Below are positions 1 to 8,910 of a stretch of DNA of 42,383 nucleotides, in pieces. How positions within the stretch are numbered: position 1 is the first letter of the stretch; every line of letters starts with the position of its first letter. The stretch spans positions 1 to 42,383 of the forward strand of contig CALJSB010000030.1 of NCBI GenBank assembly GCA_937976305.1. Direction: 5' to 3'. This DNA comes from an uncultured Acidimicrobiales bacterium (GTDB lineage Bacteria > Actinomycetota > Acidimicrobiia > Acidimicrobiales > SZUA-35). The notes under the pieces were generated by a model. The model made no database searches. It had not been told where the DNA came from and saw nothing but the letters and a program-made list of their open reading frames with translations. Position numbers and translations under genes: made by a program.

Positions 1-28
1 GCAGGCGGGGGAAGATACGATCAACGTC

Positions 29-634
29 ATGACAACCCCTGGATTGCCCGTCGCCGATGGCGGCGCCCCGAGCGGCTTCGGTTTCGACATCTACCAGCAG
101 CTCCTCAGCTCACGAATCGTGTTTCTCGGCCAGCAGGTCGATGACACCATCTCGAACGCGATCGCTGCCCAGATGCTGTATCTGGCCGGTCAAGATCCAG
201 ACAAAGACATCTGGCTCTACATCAACTCTCCGGGTGGTTCGGTCACCGCAGGTATGGCCATCTACGACACGATGCAGTTCGTGAAGCCCGATGTCGCCAC
301 CGTATGCCTCGGCCTCGGCGCCTCAATGGGCCAGTTCCTGTTGACGGCAGGTGCACCGGGCAAGCGATTCGCTCTGCCGCACGCTCGCATCCTCATGCAC
401 CAGCCGAGCGCTGGCGTGCAGGGCCAAGCGACTGACATCGCGATCCAGGCCGAGAACCTCGTGCGCATCAAGCGTGAGATGGCTGAGCTGATCGCAGAGC
501 ACTCTGGTCAGGATGTCGAGACGATCGTTGCGGACTCTGACCGCGACAAATGGTTCACCGCCCAAGAGGCATGCGACTACGGCTTGTTCGACAAGGTCAT
601 CCAGCGGGCCGGCGAACTCACCGCCGACGAGTAA
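29..634 (+). CDS. clpP: ATP-dependent Clp protease proteolytic subunit ClpP
   Basis: 201-aa ORF with the typical ClpP length. Family-typical motifs GxSMG (GLGASMGQF) and MHQP, and a conserved N-terminus ([12 protein letters not shown]). Confidence 0.93.
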   Translation: MTTPGLPVADGGAPSGFGFDIYQQLLSSRIVFLGQQVDDTISNAIAAQMLYLAGQDPDKDIWLYINSPGGSVTAGMAIYDTMQFVKPDVATVCLGLGASMGQFLLTAGAPGKRFALPHARILMHQPSAGVQGQATDIAIQAENLVRIKREMAELIAEHSGQDVETIVADSDRDKWFTAQEACDYGLFDKVIQRAGELTADE

Positions 635-812
635 CCGCCGCTCACAACTCGCGCGTGACGTTTTGTACCTGACCCTTATGGAGGGTCGGAGGTCGAGGTA
701 CACCTCGAGCGAGGACTCGGAGCGAAGCGACGCCGCAGCAGAGGTGTGCGTCGACCGCAGGCCCGGAGACGGGAGAGTCCGCGTGACGTTTCAGACCTGA
801 CCCCTAAGAGGT
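635..812. repeat. Two copies of a short intergenic repeat (ccgccgctcacaac ... gtgacgtttNNgacctgaccc) with stem-loops, at the convergent clpP/rpe junction
   Basis: Motif gtgacgttttgtacctgaccc at 655-675 and gtgacgtttcagacctgacccc at 783-804. Hairpins gacccttatggagggtc (671-687) and tcgaggt-ac-acctcga (693-708). The same motifs recur at 25893-26034. Confidence 0.7.
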
Positions 813-1498
813 CCAGGCGTCGAGGGCGAGTTGGCGGAGTTCGGTGATGGCGGCGGCTTTGCCGTCTGCGTGCTTGAACATCCACGAGCCGCTGATGAGC
901 ACGTTGGCGCCCGCCGCTGCTGCGCCACCGACCGTTGATGAGCTGATGCCGCCGTCGACTTCGAGATCAATCCAGTGGTCGGCCTGATCAAGCAGCGAGC
1001 GGGTCTCGCGGATCTTTGGCTCCATTGTCGAGATGTAGGCCTGGCCACCAAAGCCGGGGTTCACGGTCATTACCAGCACCATGTCGAGCAGGTCGGTCAC
1101 ATGGGCAATGGTGTCAACCGGTGTGTGCGGGTTGAGGGCAACAGCAGGCGAGGCGCCCAGCTCGCGGATCATTGCCAGCGTCCGATGCAGATGAAGGCAG
1201 GCCTCGGCATGGACGATGATGATCTGGCAACCAGCCTCGATGAAGTTGGGAATGAGGTGATCAGGTTGTTCGATCATGAGGTGAGCTTCGAACGGAACCG
1301 ACACCGCAGACCGACACGCTGCGATCACGTCGTGCCCGAAGGTGAGATTCGGCACGAAACGGCCGTCCATCACATCCCACTGAATCCGGTCGACACCGGC
1401 TTGTTCGAGTTCGACGCATTCATCACCCAGGCGGGCGAAGTCAGCGGGAAGAACCGACGGGGCGATCTTGATCGACGGGATCTTGGATTCGGAGGTCA
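804..1498 (-). CDS. rpe: ribulose-phosphate 3-epimerase
   Basis: Rpe signature KIAPSVLPADFARLG near the N-terminus, plus HLMIEQP, VMTVNPGFGGQ and LEVDGGI. The listed ORF is over-extended upstream; GTG at 1498 gives a protein of about 231 aa. Confidence 0.9.
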
Positions 1499-1507
1499 CG
1501 GCCGCCC

Positions 1508-2746
1508 ATGATGCCAGAGCCCAGCGATCAAGATGGCAACGACAGCCCCGATATCCACCCGACGATCGGAATCGATCGGGTGGCCACCGGCGGCAACGGC
1601 GTCGGCCGCTTGGTCGACGGACGAGTTGCGTTCGTGACTGGGGCCCTTCCTGGCGAAACCGCCCGAATCTCCATCGACCGCGAACGAAAGCGCCACGTCG
1701 AAGCCACGGCAATCGAGATCGTGTCGGCCGCCCCGGCTCGGCAAGCTCCGCCCTGCCCACATGTTGCCGATGGTTGCGGCGGGTGCGACTGGCAACACGT
1801 CGAACACCTCACCGCCCAAGAGCTTCGCCGCTCGGTTGTTGTCGATTGTCTCGAGCGCATTGGTCGATTGGCCGACCCACCAGTCGTCACCGGTCCAGTG
1901 CTTGACCCAAGCGGATACCGCACCATCGTTCGGGCAGCAGTCGTCGACGGTCGAGCGGGCTTTCGCATGGCTCGGGCCCACGATGTCGTCACACTCGACT
2001 CGTGCCTCGTTGCTCATCCACTCGTGGAAGAGCTGCTGACCGACGCTCGGTATCCGGGAGCCAGTGAGATCTCGATCAAGGTGGGGGCCAGAACCGGCGA
2101 GCGACTGGTCTTGGTCGACACGACCGAACGATGCGCTCTACCGCCCGATGTCACCGTTGTCGGCGCGGGCAACGATGGACACATCCACGAAGAGATTCAC
2201 GGCCGGCGGCTGCGGGTGTCGGCCCGTTCGTTCTTCCAGTGTCGGCCGGACGGCGCCGAGGCGCTCGTCGACCTCGTGGGGCAATCGGCTCGATCAGCAC
2301 TTGGGACGTCGTTCGACTCGGGGGGCTGCCACATTGTCGATGCGTATGGTGGGGTCGGCTTGTTTGGGGCGACGCTCGGTGCTGGTCACCGTGTGACCTC
2401 GATCGAATCGTCTCCATCGTCGTGTGCTGATGCGCAGATCAACCTCGCAGCCAACGGGGTTGTCGAACCTTCGGTGGTGCAAAGCGACGTCGAAGCGTGG
2501 GCATCCGAATCCGCAGATCTCGTCATCGCCGATCCGTCACGAAAAGGACTTGGCGCAGCGGCGACCGATGTTCTCACTCAGTGCCAAGCACCTGTGTTCG
2601 TTCTGGTCAGCTGTGACCCAGCGGCCCTCGGGCGCGACGCTCGTCTACTCACCGACGCTGGTTATGAGCTCACGTCGGTCACGACTGTTGATCTCTTCGG
2701 CTACACGGCCCACGTTGAAGCAGTGAGCACATTCGTGAGGCGGTGA
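1508..2746 (+). CDS. TRAM-domain 23S rRNA (uracil-5)-methyltransferase, RlmD/RumA family
   Basis: N-terminal TRAM-like region and an Fe-S Cys cluster (CPHVADGCGGCDWQH). C-terminal class I SAM-dependent methyltransferase fold (VDAYGGVGLFG, DPSRKG, VSCDPAALGRD). Confidence 0.8.
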   Translation: MMPEPSDQDGNDSPDIHPTIGIDRVATGGNGVGRLVDGRVAFVTGALPGETARISIDRERKRHVEATAIEIVSAAPARQAPPCPHVADGCGGCDWQHVEHLTAQELRRSVVVDCLERIGRLADPPVVTGPVLDPSGYRTIVRAAVVDGRAGFRMARAHDVVTLDSCLVAHPLVEELLTDARYPGASEISIKVGARTGERLVLVDTTERCALPPDVTVVGAGNDGHIHEEIHGRRLRVSARSFFQCRPDGAEALVDLVGQSARSALGTSFDSGGCHIVDAYGGVGLFGATLGAGHRVTSIESSPSSCADAQINLAANGVVEPSVVQSDVEAWASESADLVIADPSRKGLGAAATDVLTQCQAPVFVLVSCDPAALGRDARLLTDAGYELTSVTTVDLFGYTAHVEAVSTFVRR

Positions 2747-2761
2747 GCCCGACGGTTCGTG

Positions 2762-3280
2762 TCAGACGCTGGCGGTGGCGATCGCTCGCCCGACGAGCTC
2801 AGCGACTTCTTGATGGAAGGCGTACTCCTCGTCGCACGGACGGTCGTTTGTGGTTCGCATGATCTCGACAAATCCGACGACCTCGTCGCCGTCGACGACA
2901 GCGGTGGTTGCGAGGCTTGCCCAATCGGACGACTCATCACACTTGGTGTGACCTGACATTGCGTCGATCGCTGTGTCGTACTCAAACACCGGGCGGCGCT
3001 GTCGTGCCGCTTCGGCAAGGTTCGGAGCGAGGTCGTCGAGCAGCGCAACGGGGGCGCCGCCAAACCTCGTCGAGAATGAACTTGGCGCCGAGTTGCTGGT
3101 GACTGCCTGGAGGATCACATCTTCAACGACGTGTACCACGATCCCGGCGCTTCCAAACTTCCCGTGGGCATCATCGATGACGGCTCGCACGGCGCGCTGC
3201 AGATCTCGCGCCGGTGAACCTGCTCGTTCGTCAGGCGCCACGCTGCTTGCGCAATCATCGCCACGGCTGTTGCTAACCAC
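2762..3280 (-). CDS. GAF-domain-like protein (hypothetical)
   Basis: 172-aa ORF with high GC3. The C-terminal half resembles a GAF fold (DGDEVVGFVEI...). Exact start uncertain. Confidence 0.45.
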   Translation of the reverse strand: MVSNSRGDDCASSVAPDERAGSPARDLQRAVRAVIDDAHGKFGSAGIVVHVVEDVILQAVTSNSAPSSFSTRFGGAPVALLDDLAPNLAEAARQRRPVFEYDTAIDAMSGHTKCDESSDWASLATTAVVDGDEVVGFVEIMRTTNDRPCDEEYAFHQEVAELVGRAIATASV

Positions 3281-3390
3281 CTAGTGATTGTCGGCCACTC
3301 TGGCCGAACTTCGCATATCCGCCACCGAAATTCGGGGACGCTGAGGTGATACTTGGCCAATTGGTGGGTTTCTGTGGCCGTGAGACCCCG

Positions 3391-4284
3391 CTACGTGGTG
3401 GCTTCCCGGAACTCCTGTTGTTGCTGGCGCCGTGCGTCGCCTGCGGCTTTGAGCGCTTCGATGTTCGATTCGTCGACCCGCATGAAGTTCGCTCGCCACT
3501 CATCACTGCCCCAGCGCTGCGGCGCCTGGACAGTGGTGCGGGACGCAAACGCAGCCTCCGTCAACTCGAATGCGAGCTCGAGAACGGATTTCTGCATGGC
3601 GACGTCGTCGGGCTTGCCAATCGGGTTGCCGAGCGGGAAGTCGACGAACAGGAACCGAGGAACGCCGGCTTCCTCGACAATGTCGCGGGCGCTGCCGATG
3701 ACAACGGTCGAGACACCGGAAGCCTCGAGGTGGTGGGCGACCAGACTCACGGTCTGGTGGCAGACGGGTCAAAGCGGAATCAGCAGGACGACATCGACAC
3801 CATCTTCGGCACACCACTCGGCGATCGTGTCGGCATCGAGGCCGGTTCGGCGCTGGCTGTAGTCGGTCGGCACACCAAAGAACCGGTGATTCAAACTACC
3901 GATGCGACCGTTGTCGGCCATCGCTCGCAGATGATCGAGCGGAAGGAACGTGCCGAGGTCGTTGGTGTGGGTGGCATCTTTGTCCCACGAGAGGTCCATG
4001 GTGAACATGCGCTCGGGCTGGGGATCGGTCGGACGGTGGTAGACGACCTTGCGTTTGCCGGCCTCGGGCTCGGCTCCGCCGTCTTCGTGATGGGGGAACG
4101 ACGTGGTCACGACGGCCACGTTTGCCTCAGACAACGGCTTGCTCAGTTTGGTGAGCGGTACTTCGTCGTACGCCGCCCATCGATACGGCTGGCCGTATCC
4201 GTGAGCGGCGTAATACTCGCGCGATTTGTCGATGTAGCTGAGGTACGTGCGGTGGGCTTCTCGGCGCTTGGGCTTTTGTGCCAT
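3391..4284 (-). CDS. Candidate selenoprotein: selenoprotein-B-like (glycine/sarcosine/betaine/D-proline reductase PB family) with in-frame TGA (Sec) at 3769-3771
   Basis: Track ORFs 3769..4284 and 3391..3750 are in the same frame and separated by a single TGA plus 6 sense codons. Read-through gives ...VVLLIPL-U-RSCHQTV-SLVAHH..., i.e. a UxxC motif. A hairpin lies 11-13 nt downstream. Family assignment is from memory only. Confidence 0.55.
3738..3760 (-). other. SECIS-like hairpin downstream of in-frame UGA (mRNA ccagac-cgtga-gtctgg, extendable to about 9 bp)
   Basis: On the minus-strand mRNA the stem begins about 11 nt after UGA. Stem is 6-7 bp with loop CGUGA containing G and U. Confidence 0.45.
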
Positions 4285-4354
4285 GAGCGCACACTAGATG
4301 CGACGACACCGGTCGGGCACGTTTGTTGGCAACGTGCCCGGCCAGTGACCCGCC

Positions 4355-5704
4355 CTAGGCAGCGAGCTCGAGTGACTCGTCACTCGGTGCCTTGATGGCG
4401 GCGAACCACACGATGAGCAGGCCAACCATGCCGATCGTGGCGGCCGTGATGTTGCCGGCAACCCACAGCTTGATGGATGCCGAGACGATGCCAGCCGCCA
4501 CCATCATCGAGACGGGCCCACCCTTCCAAGCCACTCGGGGAGCCAGGAGTGCACGCTGTTCGAAGCGAGCAACGATGGCCACGATGGCGGCAAGGATCAC
4601 GAGCGAGAGTCCAATGAGCGGCAGCTTCTGCACCCACCAGTCAGCGGTGCCAACAGCAGCGGTCGGCAGGTTGCCGGTGGCGTACATGATCGCACCGGCG
4701 GCCGATGCGGCCGTCATGTGCCAGAGGTAGACAGACATTGCGATGGTGTTCGCTGCGACGACGCCGGCCCAGGCCCTTGGGCTATTGGCGAGCCAGCGAT
4801 TGATGGCTGGCGCAAGAGCAAGTGCGGTGGCTGAGTAGGCGGCACCGAAGAGCATGAGCGCGAGGGTCGGCGGGTTCGCCGGTGAGTGCTCGATTCCAGC
4901 AACGTTCACCATCGTGGTGGGGTAGGGGCCAACAGTGACGGCGGCCAGTGCGGCGACCCAGAGCCCGCCAGCGGTGAGCAGCAGATTGCGGCCGGTCGGC
5001 AAGAGGCCATCTCGCCATGCAAACCCTGCGACCTGGAACAGCAGCCAGCCGAGCACCCAGTTGAGCTGGGGCAGGTAGGGGACGCCGGCGAGGCGAACGA
5101 TCTCGAGCAGACCAAACAGCGCGACTCCGCCACCGGCGACAAGACCGGGGTTGCGGCGAAACGCCGGCAGCACGTAGGGGGCGATGGCGGTATCGATCGT
5201 GTAGTTGGCGAGGAACCACAGCGGAATGGCGGCAGCGACGGCGCCGGCGGCGGCGAGGTGGCCAACACCGGCTGCGCTGGCAATGGCGAGGATGCCGACC
5301 CAGGCGCCGGCGAGGATGACCGTCGGGGCGACCATCCGGCGAAGGCGGGCGACGACCCAGTCTTGCGGGCGACCGTCGTTCTTGGTGTGGGCATCGAGTG
5401 ACATGGCCGAGGAGAAGCCTCCGACCACGAAGAACAGTGGCATCACCTGGAAGAGCCAAGTGATCCACGACATCTGTGGCGCCTGCTCGAGGGCGTTACC
5501 GCCAATGACTTCACCGTCGGCGTTGATGGCAAGGGCAACGGCTGCCCAGTGGCCGAGTGCGACGGCGCACATGGCGACGGCTCGGTAGAAGTCAACCGCA
5601 CGGTTGCGGTCTGACTTGGCTGCAGCAGCCATCTCGGCCAGGTTGGGCCGATTCGTAGAAACCGGCTCGCTTGGCCGGGTGGTGGAGACGAGTGTCGAGG
5701 TCAT
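4355..5704 (-). CDS. acyltransferase family 3 (membrane O-acyltransferase) protein
   Basis: Polytopic membrane protein. N-terminal RAVDFYRAVAMCAVALGHW motif is typical of the acyltransferase_3 family. Alternative start at about 5632. Confidence 0.75.
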   Translation of the reverse strand: MTSTLVSTTRPSEPVSTNRPNLAEMAAAAKSDRNRAVDFYRAVAMCAVALGHWAAVALAINADGEVIGGNALEQAPQMSWITWLFQVMPLFFVVGGFSSAMSLDAHTKNDGRPQDWVVARLRRMVAPTVILAGAWVGILAIASAAGVGHLAAAGAVAAAIPLWFLANYTIDTAIAPYVLPAFRRNPGLVAGGGVALFGLLEIVRLAGVPYLPQLNWVLGWLLFQVAGFAWRDGLLPTGRNLLLTAGGLWVAALAAVTVGPYPTTMVNVAGIEHSPANPPTLALMLFGAAYSATALALAPAINRWLANSPRAWAGVVAANTIAMSVYLWHMTAASAAGAIMYATGNLPTAAVGTADWWVQKLPLIGLSLVILAAIVAIVARFEQRALLAPRVAWKGGPVSMMVAAGIVSASIKLWVAGNITAATIGMVGLLIVWFAAIKAPSDESLELAA

Positions 5705-5764
5705 GGCTCTATTGAGCCTGAGAAACCGCTTCTCGTCTGCTGGGGTTGGCCCCCAAACGGTCGT

Positions 5765-5788
5765 GGGGGATCCCCCAGAGCTCTGGGG
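5765..5788 (-). terminator. Overlapping perfect palindromes gggggatccccc / ccccagagctctgggg downstream of the DUF4214 gene (possible intrinsic terminator, no U-tract)
   Basis: Lies 18-40 nt past the stop of the 5806..6702 gene on the minus strand. GC-rich 12-bp and 16-bp palindromes. Confidence 0.3.
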
Positions 5789-5805
5789 AACGCTGAGCCT
5801 TGGCT

Positions 5806-6702
5806 CTAGCCGGCGAGCGAGCTCCAGTCGGCACGATCAACAGCGAGCGGCTGGGGTGAACGCACGACGATGGTCAATGTTTGAGCCGAACCCACCACTT
5901 CGATGCCAGTGATTGGCTGAGCGGGGGCAGGGCTGGCCAGATCTGCACTCCAGAAGAAGGCGAACGTTGACGGAGCGAGATCTCGACCGAGGAGGTTCTC
6001 GACTCGGTTGCCAGCTCCATTGAGGAGCCATGCTTCCCAGTTGACGGTGCTGCCGCCGAGGTTCACTCCGTAGACATCCACGTGACGGTGCTCGGCCGCA
6101 GTAGCAAAGCTTCCCGTGGCGCACGTCCAGACCGTGCCTGCGGGATACCACGAGAAGTAGCCGGCAAGTGGTGGTTCGGTGTTGGTGGTGACGACGTATT
6201 CCTTGCTCTCAGAGAACAACAGCATCACGTTGCCGCGAGAGAACTCGCCGGAATCAAGCCTGCCGACCCAGAACTCGAAGCCGCTTGGCTCGGCGGCACG
6301 GCCGAGAACGTTGCGGTAGACGAGCCGCACGAAGTCGGCGTTCGAGAGTGTTGAGTAGCGAGCGATGAACTCGTCAGAGCTGGCGAAGAAGTTGGACATC
6401 GACACCATGTCCCATTCGCCGGAGGCGAAGCCGTCGACCCAGAAGTCGAAACCAGCCTGGTCAGGGCTGCGGAGGAAGTAGGCCGAATACAGACGGTCGA
6501 TCGAGTCCGTCATTTGCGGACAGGTTGACGAATTCGCAGCCTGGGAAAGCACCGGAAGGGCTTGCGCCGCAGCGTTGTCGGACTGTGCCGCGCTGTCAGA
6601 GAGCGCAGCGTGGTTCGCTGCTGCTGCATCAGCACCACTCGGGTTCGAAAAGCCAAGCAGGCTCAACAGCAATGCACCGACAACAAAGATCCCACGCGCC
6701 AC
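5806..6702 (-). CDS. secreted protein with two DUF4214 repeats
   Basis: N-terminal signal peptide (MARGIFVVGALLLSLLGFSNPSGADA). Repeats RLYSAYFLRSPDQAGFDFWV and LVYRNVLGRAAEPSGFEFWV match DUF4214. A paralog lies at 25033..25884. Confidence 0.75.
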   Translation of the reverse strand: MARGIFVVGALLLSLLGFSNPSGADAAAANHAALSDSAAQSDNAAAQALPVLSQAANSSTCPQMTDSIDRLYSAYFLRSPDQAGFDFWVDGFASGEWDMVSMSNFFASSDEFIARYSTLSNADFVRLVYRNVLGRAAEPSGFEFWVGRLDSGEFSRGNVMLLFSESKEYVVTTNTEPPLAGYFSWYPAGTVWTCATGSFATAAEHRHVDVYGVNLGGSTVNWEAWLLNGAGNRVENLLGRDLAPSTFAFFWSADLASPAPAQPITGIEVVGSAQTLTIVVRSPQPLAVDRADWSSLAG

Positions 6703-6808
6703 GGATCCATGATCTCACTGTTAGCGCGAAAGCACTACGGGTAGTTCCACTCCCCTTGGTTTCAGAGGAGCGCGTTGCTGCCGCATCGCAGATCGAGCAG
6801 CTCCTGCG

Positions 6809-8281
6809 TTAGGTGAGATACATCACCCGGAGCGTGTCGGTGGCCCGAGTCGAGGTGGAGTTGCCGGAGATCACCACGACGCGGTCGCCGGTCTTCATCC
6901 ATGGCAAACGCTTGGCGTGGTCGAGTGCGTCTTGGATCATTTCGCCCGCTTTGGCCCGTTCAGGGGTTTTGACTGCGGCGGATCCCCAGCTGAGTGAGAG
7001 CTGGCGCACGGCGCGCAGATCGGGACTGAATCCGATGATCGGAACCTGGGGCCGGAAGCGGCTGACCGAACGAACGGTGTAGCCAGTTCGTGACAGGCAG
7101 AGAATCGCTTTGGCGCCGACCTGATAGGCGATGCGTTGGGCCGCCATCGTGATCGAGTCGGTCGTGAGCGCGCCAGGGTCGACGTCGCCGTCGCTTTCTC
7201 GGACGGCACTCATGTTGCTCACCCAGTCGCCGTGCGGGAACTCCCGATCGGCCCGAGCACAGATCTCGGCCATGGTGGCCACAGCGTTGTTGGGATCGAC
7301 GCCGATGGCGGTTTCGCCAGACAACATCACCGCACTCGAACCGTCGAACACTGCATTGGCGACATCGCTCGCTTCGGCCCGTGTGGGGGTCGGCGCGTAG
7401 ACCATCGACTCGAGCATCTGAGTTGCCGTGATCACCGGCAGGCCGCGGGCAATGCAGCGTTGGATGATGAACTTCTGCAGGTGGGGGAGTTCTGAGAGCG
7501 GATAGTCAACACCAAGGTCGCCACGAGCGACCATGACCGCGCCAGACGCTGAGATGATGCCCTCGAGGTTGTCGACAGCAGCCTGGGTCTCGATCTTCGC
7601 GACAACGAGGGGCCCTCGCGGTGCGGGTTCGACACCGAGCGACCGCACATCGTGGCCGCTGCGAACGAATGAAATTGCCAGCATGTCGACGCCTTCCGAG
7701 ATGAAGGCATCTGCGAAGCGAAGATCCTCATCAGTCGGCGAAGTGATCCGGAGGCGATCCGATGGCACTTGCAAGCCCGGCCGACCCTGCACTCGTGCGC
7801 CGCGGATCACTCGGGCGATGAGCTTTTCACTGGTTTTGTCCTCGACCGTGAATGCGATGTTGCCGTCGCCGAGGGCCAAGCGATCGCCAACCTCGACGTC
7901 GGCAACAAGGTGCTCGTAGTCGGTGGAAATCGTGTTGCCGTCGCTCGACGCTTCGCCAGCAACGAACTCGACTGCGTCGCCGTCCTCAAACATGACGCCG
8001 CCATCGGGGAACGGAGCACAGCGCACCTTGGGCCCGGGAAGGTCGGCCAAGATGCCTACGTTGGCGTCGAGTGCCTTGGCTGCTTCGCGGATGCGCCGGT
8101 ACTTCTCGAGGTGTTCTTCGAGTGTCCCGTGAGCGAGGCCGATACGGGCAACGTTCATGCCGGCGTTGATCAGACCCTTGAGCGATCCTGGATCGTCGGA
8201 CGCAGGGCCAATTGTGGCCACGATCTTGGTGCGACGCATGTGATCGCCAGCTGTGTCGGTGCCACCGGGGACATAAGACAA
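6809..8281 (-). CDS. pyk: pyruvate kinase
   Basis: RRTKIVATIGP N-terminal motif, MVARGDLG, conserved C-terminal domain. AGGAGA RBS 6 nt upstream of the ATG at 8281. An alternative internal start at 8239 gives the canonical MRRTKIV N-terminus. Confidence 0.93.
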   Translation of the reverse strand: MSYVPGGTDTAGDHMRRTKIVATIGPASDDPGSLKGLINAGMNVARIGLAHGTLEEHLEKYRRIREAAKALDANVGILADLPGPKVRCAPFPDGGVMFEDGDAVEFVAGEASSDGNTISTDYEHLVADVEVGDRLALGDGNIAFTVEDKTSEKLIARVIRGARVQGRPGLQVPSDRLRITSPTDEDLRFADAFISEGVDMLAISFVRSGHDVRSLGVEPAPRGPLVVAKIETQAAVDNLEGIISASGAVMVARGDLGVDYPLSELPHLQKFIIQRCIARGLPVITATQMLESMVYAPTPTRAEASDVANAVFDGSSAVMLSGETAIGVDPNNAVATMAEICARADREFPHGDWVSNMSAVRESDGDVDPGALTTDSITMAAQRIAYQVGAKAILCLSRTGYTVRSVSRFRPQVPIIGFSPDLRAVRQLSLSWGSAAVKTPERAKAGEMIQDALDHAKRLPWMKTGDRVVVISGNSTSTRATDTLRVMYLT

Positions 8282-8397
8282 CGGATTCTCCTGTTGCAGC
8301 GGGTCGGCTCCACAGAGATACCGACGGAAGCGAGAGGCAAGCTGGAAGCGTCGGTGATTCCGTTTGCGATGCAGAGGCTATCGCGGCCCCAGCTGCA

Positions 8398-8415
8398 CAG
8401 CGTTGATCAACGCTG
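8398..8415. promoter_or_regulatory. Perfect 18-bp palindrome cagcgttgatcaacgctg about 115 bp upstream of pyk
   Basis: Exact dyad symmetry, read directly from the sequence. Located in the 630-bp non-coding region upstream of pyk. Confidence 0.35.
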
Positions 8416-8593
8416 TCGATAGGGGCTCCCGGCCCGGGTTCAGCGCCCACGAGCGACTGGCTCTGCAGGGGCGTTGAGAGTCCGCTGGCAAGGAGCGGAG
8501 GGAATGCCCCCTACCAACGGACAGTGTAAGACTACTGGCGGGTCCTGCCTTTGGGAAGTCGCAACGGCAGATGCGACGGTTTCAGGCGCCTAC

Positions 8594-8692
8594 ATCCACC
8601 AAAATTGGGGATATGGAGTCGCTGTCGGGGGAAACGACCTGAGTTACATCCCGTTGTGCGTCGCTGACCGCGTCGATAAACCCCAATTTTGG
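8594..8692. repeat. AT-rich inverted-repeat element: caccaaaattgggg ... ccccaattttgggg flanking about 70 bp
   Basis: 13/14-bp terminal inverted repeats. Local GC is much lower than the surroundings. An ORF overlapping it (8474..8716) has low GC3, so it is unlikely to be coding. Confidence 0.4.
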
Positions 8693-8910
8693 GGCACTTT
8701 GGCCAACGCTGAATGAGACTGTGACAGCATTCAAACCAGGCGCTCATCCAATCGCTGTGTGGCTTGTCCCTCCTATTCACACAGCGGGCGACGATCAAGC
8801 GCCGCATGTCATGGTCCGACTCCTGGGCGGCAATATGGGAGTCGGACCTTATGCGTTTTGCAGTCGAGCCCGATTGCAGTGCCTTTTGCGGTGCTGTGGG
8901 AGACGTCGTG

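Noticed and set aside
3751-3771. Alternative reading of 3391..4284 as two separate genes or a pseudogene (TGA as a true stop)
   Set aside because: Same frame, a single TGA, a UxxC motif, a correctly spaced downstream hairpin, and a second independent Cys-position TGA in the AhpD-like gene all point to Sec. The two-gene or pseudogene reading cannot be excluded without genome-wide sel gene data, which is why it is kept as a finding rather than a firm call.
4782-5468. Arg/Pro-rich ORFs overlapping the acyltransferase gene (4782..5468, 4906..5394, 4886..5401)
   Set aside because: Alternative frames of a clear polytopic membrane protein gene. Their composition is typical of GC-rich non-coding frames.
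8474-8716. 80-aa plus-strand ORF in the region upstream of pyk
   Set aside because: Third-position GC is only about 55-60%, versus over 85% in the real genes here. It spans the AT-rich inverted-repeat element. More likely non-coding.
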